The notes under the pieces were generated by a model. That model ran no database searches and was not told the DNA's origin. It saw only the letters and a program-made list of their open reading frames with translations. DNA of 60,774 bases, filler included, from Sphacelaria rigidula (lineage: Eukaryota), in assembly GCA_964200075.2 (NCBI GenBank). It is 8 parts of 8 records of this genome, joined end to end, with 100 filler letters (N's around TTAATTAATTAA, not from the genome) between each part and the next. Parts side by side here need not be neighbours in the genome. Positions count along the whole stretch, not along the records: positions 45,657 to 53,165 come from CAXNAA020014581.1; positions 53,266 to 60,774 come from CAXNAA020014582.1; 6 more parts are not named here. One strand, written 5' to 3'. A program made the translations under genes and the position numbers. Within the stretch, counting starts at the first letter, position 1, and every line of letters starts with the position of its first letter. Positions 52,880 through 60,774 of the stretch are shown in pieces.

Positions 52880-53482
52880 TTAACCCTCAGACAGCGACCC
52901 CCCCGCTGGTAGACTGAGGTAGACACTACACGTTTTGGGTTCAGAATCACTCCTTTGTCACAACTCAAAACGCCTACTCTACGGCGGAAGGGACGGGGAG
53001 TGCGTAAGAGGCACATAGTTGCGTCATAACGCAGACGGTGGTGTGGTTGTCGACCACCTGATTATTACGCCTCATATTTTTGCTGTGCAGTCTGTAGTGT
53101 ATCGTGCCGCGGCTGCACGTGCGGTCTGCAGCGAACTGGATCTTCCAGTGTTGAACGTGCCGAGTNNNNNNNNNNNNNNNNNNNNNNNNNNNNNNNNNNN
53201 NNNNNNNNNTTAATTAATTAANNNNNNNNNNNNNNNNNNNNNNNNNNNNNNNNNNNNNNNNNNNNAGCTTACAATATAGAGCCGCGGAGCCGGTCTGGCT
53301 AGACTAAACACTGGCTACAGTACTGGTTCCCGGATCGTTCCTGTCGGTACTTTGTACTGAACCGCACTGGCTCCTACCAGGCTGGTTGACTACATGCCCG
53401 AGAATCTGCGTATGATATCTATGTCCAATACATAATCTGCACAGGGCGAACATGAAAATGAGCAAATTTGACGTTCTAAGTT

Positions 53483-53939
53483 TGCTGTATCCATGGACGG
53501 GGGATGTTGAAGGCAATGGTTCCGCCGGAGTGTAGGCTGTTAACGAGATGGATATCATGCAACGTCTTAGGGCCTCGTTCGGCGTCTTGGAGTCTTTCAC
53601 TAGACCTCTTCTAGAAATGGTTCCCCCGGGGTGTAGGCGTTCACTGTGCGGATTAATGCAACGCCTCAGGGTCTCGTTCGACGTCTTGGAGTCTTTCACA
53701 AGACCTCTATTTCACGTCTTGCGAAAGACTCCAAGACGTCGAACGAGGCCCTGAGGCGTCACGTTACTCCGCATAGTGAACAGCCTACACCCCGGCGGAA
53801 CCAGTTCTAGAAGAGGTCTTGTGAAAGACTCTGAGACGTCGAACGAGGCCCTGAGACGTTGCATGATTTCCATCTCGCTCACAGCCTACACTCCAGCGGA
53901 ACCGTTTGCCTTCAACATCTCCCGTCCATCGATACAGCA
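53483..53939. repeat. Long foldback (~222-bp arms, 11-nt loop), each arm built from a ~100-bp tandem duplication
   Basis: 53483-53704 pairs with 53716-53939 (~90% by eye). Internal units start at 53518 and 53619. Confidence 0.9.
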
Positions 53940-54610
53940 CAAAGTCCGCATTCGGAGTGAGTATGATTGTTTTTCATGGTGCATGTGCAATTCGTTTCGA
54001 GAGGGGTGAAGGATCGGCGAACATGAAAAATAGGCAAAGTTGACATTTCGAGTTTTTTTTTATTATTGACATGTCAACGGCACGGTAACGGCGAGTAAAA
54101 CGAATGTAATGGTGGGTAGCAACATATATCGTCTGCGAACGGATTAGCAGTGTCGCTACGAGGACCTTGCATACAAGCACAAGAAGCATCGCCGCTGTTA
54201 CTCGGCGCGTTTTTTTTTTCGTCTCGAGTGAATCGCGCACGCTTAAGCCCTCGTTGTGCGTGTCGACTGCAGTGTCTGCTGGTGGCCGCAACGTGAATAG
54301 GGAGCAGTAGTGACGGCAACGGTTTCTTGACCCTAACTAAACACCTCCTTTTGCCGTGCATGACATGTGGGTGTCATGCACAGATTACTCTTTTTCGAGA
54401 GACATTTTGCAATTCTATGGACTTTCGACCTGCGCCGCGGTGGATGCTGAGCCCGATCTCATAGCGAGGACGAGGTGCCCGGCGGTGTACATAACGTGAT
54501 ACACGCCGGCTGTGCCATGGACTTCCTGCCGTTCCCTTGTTGCCTCCATTGTTTCTCCTTATCGACTGCTCTTGCGCAGATGTCTTGATTCAAGATATGT
54601 CATCACTATC

Positions 54611-54876
54611 GAGCAATGCTACGGTACGGTAGGGGTGCACGTTTTGCGCAAAAGCTTGTCTGTGTCAGGGGCTCCTAACGATTCTAGATGCACAAGCGTA
54701 TATTATGGGTCGGGGCATCCCCGTTTGCAAATTCATTCGGGATATCCCTAGCACACTGGAATAATAATCCTAGCGTACTCTCACATATTTCATGAATCGT
54801 GCTGTGGATGAGATAAAGGGCTCCTAACAATATTAACATCAGAAAATAGTTGTGCACCCCTACCGTAGCATCACTC
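54611..54876. mobile_element. Sola-like MITE, subfamily 2; also 55761-56276 (with nested 56009-56264), 59719-59974 and 60618-60774 (partial)
   Basis: GAG...CTC termini, TIR gagcaatgctacg.taggggtgca. TSD is TATC here and ACAC at the 59719 copy. Confidence 0.88.
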
Positions 54877-56341
54877 TATCAAGGGCAGTCTGCTGCTCCT
54901 CATGTACAACTCCCACCCCATAGGCCGACCGAAGCAGGGGACGGCGCAGCATGCGAGTGACAACGTTGAGACGGCGCTCGTCGCACATATAGGGTACCCA
55001 GGGACGCAGTCTGCTATGTCGTTCTGTTCGACCCCTCTTCCTTTTTTTTCTGTTCCTTCCTTCTCTCTCAGAGCGTGTTTCAGTTTCGTTTTTCTTGGGT
55101 ACGTCTATCATGAAACCACAGCTGGACCCCTGGGGGGTCAGTTAAAGTGCGACAATCAATCAATCAATCAATCAAATCAGGGAAAAAGAGTCACCGTGCA
55201 ACAATTTGGACGATGATGGTCTTATCAAGGTCGTAGTGCAACATGAACAACACGAACAAATTCTGGAATTAGCGGCGACTTCCCGTCCGTACTTCGTCAG
55301 TGTTTTTGTAAGGTCACATAACCCCTTATGAAATGGTTCGCGCTTATGGCGGGCGGTCAGCGTATAAATTTCGCGGGTCACGATGGAGTAAGAGGTAGCC
55401 GGAGTGAACGGGTGGTGTTTGTGACGGTGAGTAGCGTATAGTACTGCATATATTCAAAGTACAGTCGCACCCGGGAGAAAGGAAGTAAGAAGAGTTGGGC
55501 TGTACAAGAGTGCACGGAAATAAGCGAGTAGCCCTAGAGAAAGTTGGAGTATAATACAAACAGAGCAAAAGGCACAAGTCCGGCGTAGAGGACCGAGATA
55601 ATACGTGGGAGGCACTCGGAGGAAACCGTGGCGATCGTGAACGTTGGAACTCATGCGTATAGATGGAGGCGATGTTGACCTCTCCTCTTTTGCATCGGCG
55701 CTTGTTCTACTTCTTGCAGAATGGACAGAAATGTAAAGTCCTCTTATCGAATAAAAACTCGAGTAATGCTACGGTAGGGATGCACTTTTTGCGCAAAGCC
55801 TTGTCTGGTTCGCGGGCTTCTCACGACTCTAGATGCACAAGAAAATGGGTCAGGGCATCCCCGTTTGCAAATTTATTCGAGATATCACTTGCACATTGGA
55901 AAAGTAATCCTGCCGTACTCTCACAAACCTCATAAGTCGTGTTCTGGATGAGATCAAGGGCTCCTGAACAATTCTAACCTCGGAAAATATTTATGCACTC
56001 CTACCATAGAGAAATGCTACGGTAGGGGTACACTTTTTGCGCGAAATCTCGTCTGGTTCAGAGGCTCCTAACGATTCTAGATGCACAAGAATATGGGCCA
56101 GGACATCCCCGTTCGCAAATTCAGTCGGGTATCCCCAGCACATTGGAATAGTAATCCTGCCGTACTCTCACATATTACCGTAAGTCGTGTTTTGGATGAG
56201 ATAAAGGGCTCCTAACATTTCAAACCTCAGAAAATATTTGTGCACCCCTACCGTAGCATCACTCCGTAGCACCCCACAGTCGGAGTATTTTACATCCCCT
56301 CATCTATATATCTATATATATATCTACATGTAGCGCCATAC

Positions 56342-56407
56342 GTATGTATGTATGTATGTATGTATGTATGTATGTATGTATGTATGTATGTATGTATGTA
56401 TGTATGT
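56342..56407. repeat. (GTAT)n microsatellite
   Basis: About 16 perfect units followed by degenerate units. Confidence 0.95.
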
Positions 56408-56946
56408 ACGTATGTACGTATGTACATATGTACATATGTATGTGTGTCTCGTCGTGTCTTCTCCGAAAGGTTCTCTACGGCTGGAGACGCAGTCCTGGCG
56501 GTCGGCGTGGAGCAAACGCAGCTCCCTGAGGCTACTCTGGATCGAGGACGTCGCGTCGAGCTGTTTCTCGCGGATGCGAATGCCTACAGCTCCGCCGAAT
56601 GACGCATCAACGCATCCTTTAAGGAGGCTTCCGACTGCGGATGCTTTCATGTGCGAGAGGGTTGAATACGGATTTGTGATGCTTTGTCGCCAGTTGAAGC
56701 GAACAATGTCAAGTGTTCATCAACGGCCTCCGTGTCGAATGGCGTGGGATGTAGGATGCGTTGGCCTCAGCCCACGTATCTCTTTTGCTGTGGTTTCGCT
56801 TCATTGAAAGACGTCGTTTGAGGGTGCCGTGGTCGGGAAAGTAACGAATATACACGATTTCGGCAAGTCGTGGCCTACCAGACAACCACGAACTTGACGC
56901 CCCCCCTGCCGTGATGATCGTCGTTCATATTTTTTCCGTCGGCAGG

Positions 56947-58011
56947 TGGACGCCGACGTGGAGACCTTCGTAGGCCCCGACTTCCTGCCTTCTGGGTTTT
57001 CCGAGGATCTGACGCCGCCCTCCATGAAAGTCACCGGCGATGATCAGAACGCCATTACACAAATCTTGACATCACCAAGTTCTACCTCGGACACTTTCTA
57101 CGATACCCCCCCCTCCAAAAAAAGAAGTGGCTGATTTGGGAAGGCAAGATATTCATGTAAATCGAAATGAAAAAAGCCGAGCGCAACGAACAGCTGGGAA
57201 TTACCCCGCTTGGGTTCGTTTTCGCGAATGTCGCTCATGTGAGGCGCTTCATTCAACCTAAAATCAAACATCAGGCGCTGTATAGCCATTTTCTTCGTGA
57301 GGTTTTTGGGCTGTTTTTTTGGGGGGGGAGGCAATCGTGGGAAGTATCCTCGTATCCACGCTGACGGTGTGAACGTGTTGCTGCATCGACTGCACGTTGT
57401 GGTTTGTATTCGTTCCAATCTCATGGGGTGTGCTCCCCGCGATCCTGTTCACTCGGGTCGTGCTCGTCTCAAAAACCACCATGTACTCTTGGTTGTCGTA
57501 TTTCCACTGCGTTGCGCTATTATTTGATCTAAAAATTGTCCATTGGTTGTGTTCGCCACTGCCCTTCTGTTCGTTATTGCTGCTCAGGGCCTCGATACGA
57601 GCATGTATTACCGGCAGAGCATTGCTACGGTAGGGGCTGCATTTTCGTAGCGAAGACGTTTCCTGGGGCTGCACGGGGTGTTGGAAGGATCATTTTGAGA
57701 ATCGGCATCACTATTTTTACTTGAAGAATACCGAAAATGATAACCGATTCACGGAAAGGCCCCTACGTGCAAAACACCACATTTCTGGGCGTCCGGTCCC
57801 CGGATATTTGGGTTGCACAGTAAGCCCAATATATTTGGGCTCCTACAAAAAAGAGACCCAGAAACGAGAAGTGCAACCCATACCGTAGGCACCGCCGTCG
57901 GGCGCAAGGCCGGTGTACAACGACGTACGATTCTGGGACCAATTGATGGTCAGTAACACACCGGAGGGAGCCGTCGAATCCCTCTCCAAGGAGGAGATGG
58001 ACAGCCATTAC
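56947..58011 (+). pseudogene. Exon-like fragments of an unknown, probably disrupted gene (56947-57089 and ~57910-58011)
   Basis: CAG|VDADVETFVGPDFLPSGFSEDL... is cut by a MITE at 57090. PVYNDVRFWDQLMVSNTPEGAVESLSKEEMDSHY ends at a GTGAGG donor. No domain recognised. Confidence 0.3.
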
Positions 58012-58625
58012 GTGAGGTTGGTGTCGGTAGCTATCGATCGTCAGCCGTCCCAGATGATGGCAAAAGGCAAAGCGCTGCGTCGGCCTCTTGTTCGCGTTTT
58101 TCTTTTGCGTGTTCTTCTCACACGGGAACGTACGGCATGCCTGCCCCGCTCGCTGTTGCCTCTAACGGCATCGAGCATTGCGTCTTTACTATCTACTTGT
58201 GGCGCCGACGACACCATCTGAAGCACGGCGTCTTCGCTCACCTCGTCCCATGTCAGGAAATACAAGGGGCAAGCACGGTCCACACACAATCCACGCGTAC
58301 GCACATGCTCGATGCCGTTAAAGGCAAGCAGGCATGCCGTACGCGCCTGTGTGAAGAGAAGACGCAAAAGGAGCGCAAATAAAAACGACCTCAAAAGCCC
58401 CCTCTACGTCGACCCGGGGCAATACGTCGTGGGGGGGGCGGGGTTCCGAATGCTGGCTTCCGCTATCGCCTCTAGGACGAACCAATAGCGGGTGCAGATG
58501 AATGTTGATGGGGGTGAAGGTGCCGATTCCGGCACTGAAGGCGAGGATTGTGTAGACGGTGTCGGCAGCGAGAAGAACTCCTGCGACGATGACAGTGCTG
58601 TCGAGGAGGAGGGGTGTTGAAGGGG

Positions 58626-58874
58626 GACACTTTCTACGATAGCCCTCCCCTAAAACCAGCCAAAAACTCTTACGAAAAAAAATGGTAATACAGCAGCACT
58701 TGATGTTTGGTTTCAAGCTGCATAAAGCGCCTCATATGGGCGACGAAAACAAACCCAAGCGTGGGAATTCCCAGCTGCTCGTTGTGCTCGGCTTTTTTCA
58801 TTTCGACATACGTGTAGATTTTGCCTCCCCAAACCAGCCGCTTTTTTTTGGGGGGTGCTATCGTAGAAAGTGTC
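58626..58874. mobile_element. Related 4-bp-TSD MITE with GACAC termini; second copy 57090-57348, partial copy near 9880-9975
   Basis: TIR gacactttctacgatagc / gctatcgtagaaagtgtc. TSD is GGGG here and CTCG at the 57090 copy. Confidence 0.8.
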
Positions 58875-60076
58875 GGGGGTGGTGCCAACGGTGAGAGTCC
58901 CGGGATTCTAGCGGGTGCGGGAAGAGGGATACTCCACTAGGTGCTGCTGGTGTTGGTGCTGACGCAGGTGCAATTCGTGATGTTGGATTGGCACGAGTAC
59001 ATCATCAAGCATGGGGTTTTGTTGTTGTGATATTTCTTTCGTAAAACAGATACAGGTGGTTGATTCGTTCTTCAATGCAGCCGGTGAGAAGTGTGCCAGT
59101 TACACGACGAGGGCACGGATGAGGCAGGCGTGGGTGTTGAGGTGTGTCCTCGAGCTTTCTTGTTCAACAACGTTTTCGTGAGATTGAGAGTAGAGCGTTG
59201 GTTGAGAGCGGGCTTCATCATTCGTCTTGACTTGACCAGTTTTCCAGTATCTGTGTGCTTCTCTGTGCGTGTAACACTGGCGTGTACTTACGGCTACACG
59301 TCGATATCGTACTCAGGGATATCAATGGCTTCAGTGGCAAGCTACTACAGAAAGTATATCGGGCCTCGTGGAGGGTAATTTCAGAACCAAAATGATTTAT
59401 TCATTATTTAACTAACCGCTTCTCACTCTCAATCGTATCCTCCATTCCCAATCTCACGAAAACTCTGTCGTTCGTCGTTACCGCAGTCGTTTCAATTTCT
59501 CTTTTCTTGTTCCACTTTAAATGTTGGCCGTGCCCCTCCCTGCCCATGTCGGAAATAACAGATGGACAGAAAATGGCACAGACTTCCCAAAAAGAACGCT
59601 TTGCTCTTGCGCCGCCGAAAAACAGTGGGGAACGATCGCCTAAGTAGTCGCAGTGAATCATGTGCAAAGTAGTAGTCGTATTTGGTCATGTAAAAGACTT
59701 CCTTTCGTTTTACTACACGAGCAATGCTACGATAGGGGTGCAATTTTTGTGCAACACCTTCTTTGGTTCCGGGGCTCCCAACGATTCTAGATGCACAAGA
59801 ATATAGGCCAGAGCATCCCCGTTTGCAGATTTATTCGGGATATCCCTAGCACATTGGAATAGTAATCCTGGCGTACTCTCAAATATTTCACAAGTCGTGT
59901 TCTGGATGAGATAAAGGGCTCCTAACAATTTTAACCTCAGAAAATATGTATATACCCCTACCGTAGCATCACTCACACGCATTATCAGGTGCCAGATATC
60001 GTACACAACGCACACGCATGCACACACACATATTTGCTGCCACATACCATGCCGAACGGTCACAGAAGCAGTATCA

Positions 60077-60456
60077 CACATGCGGCCATTCCGCTACCCC
60101 AAAAAATACTCTGTTCCGGTCAACTTTTCAAGCCTCCAGAGGAATTAAACGCCTCCAGAGAGTGCGCGGTCCTCCAGAGGGGTGGGATCAAACGCCTTCA
60201 GAGGCTTATTTTGCCTCTGGACGGCCGCGCACCCCTCCGGAGGAATGTGGAGGATGCGCGGCCCTCCAGAGCACCGTCAGTTTTGTTAATCTCGAGGAAT
60301 TCAAACCTCAGAAGTCACTAAAGCACCATATGCCCTCCGGAGGATTCGTTTACGACCGCATCTGGGGATGAAATACCCTCTCGAGGGTATTTTATCCTCG
60401 AGAGGACGAAAATCGCGATGGTGGATTTTTATGGGGTAGCCGAATGGCCGAGTGTG
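60077..60456. mobile_element. CACTA/CMC-like non-autonomous element with many CCTCCRGAGG subterminal repeats
   Basis: TIR cacatgcggccattccgctacccc / ggggtagccgaatggccgagtgtg; 2-bp TSD CA. Similar motif cluster at ~31015-31240. Confidence 0.65.
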
Positions 60457-60774
60457 CACCCCGGTTAGGCTACTGTGTTCGGGAAGGTGTCACACAAAGG
60501 ACGCAGTTGAGGAGCTTCCTGTATGTCATGGGTCCTTCGGTGCCATCGTAGTCGACACACGTGCGGGTAACCAAGCCCGCTCAAAGGAAAGTTTACTTGA
60601 ATGCATGGACGTCCAGGCGGTAGGGGTGCACCTTTTTTCGCGAAATTTTGTCTTGTTCAGGGGCTCCTAACGTTTCTAGACGCACAAGAATATGGGTCAG
60701 GACATCCCCGTTTTGCAGATTTATTCGGGATATCCCCAGCACGTTGAAATAGTAATCCTGGCGTACTCTCGCAT

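Noticed and set aside
7511-53265. Regularly spaced TTAATTAATTAA motifs as a biological repeat or array
   Set aside because: Always embedded in N44 pads; a synthetic six-frame-stop linker.
56470-56670. In-frame TGA (56600-56602) in a coding-like frame as selenocysteine
   Set aside because: No redox motif or SECIS was recognised and neighbouring exon-like pieces are MITE-disrupted, so decay is more likely.
56324-56807. ORFs with MYVC/HTYI repeats
   Set aside because: Translation artefacts of the (GTAT)n microsatellite.

Overview
Eukaryotic nuclear DNA, most likely a stramenopile and probably a brown alga. That assignment is inferred from short exons with long GT-AG introns, TTAGGG tracts and the repeat landscape. 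The window is not one locus. It is exactly eight scaffolds of 7510, 7510 and 6 x 7509 bp joined by artificial 100-bp N44-TTAATTAATTAA-N44 linkers, so neighbours across linkers are not biologically linked. Spliced gene fragments I can support are: a NADAR(YbiA)-FHA fusion protein, an MDP-1 HAD phosphatase, a dehydroascorbate-reductase-like GST, the first exon of an ankyrin-repeat protein, and several unknown or membrane-protein exons. Much of the rest is mobile DNA: a decayed Ty1/Copia, a decayed Ty3/Gypsy with its 5' LTR, MITEs of Sola-, piggyBac-, hAT- and CACTA-like type (classified by TIR/TSD), a tRNA-derived SINE, a C-tailed retroposon family and several long foldbacks. The best novelty candidates are the NADAR-FHA fusion, the C-tailed G-run-associated retroposon, two long hairpins that could be small-RNA precursors, and a core motif shared by unrelated MITE superfamilies. 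All calls were made by eye with no database search.
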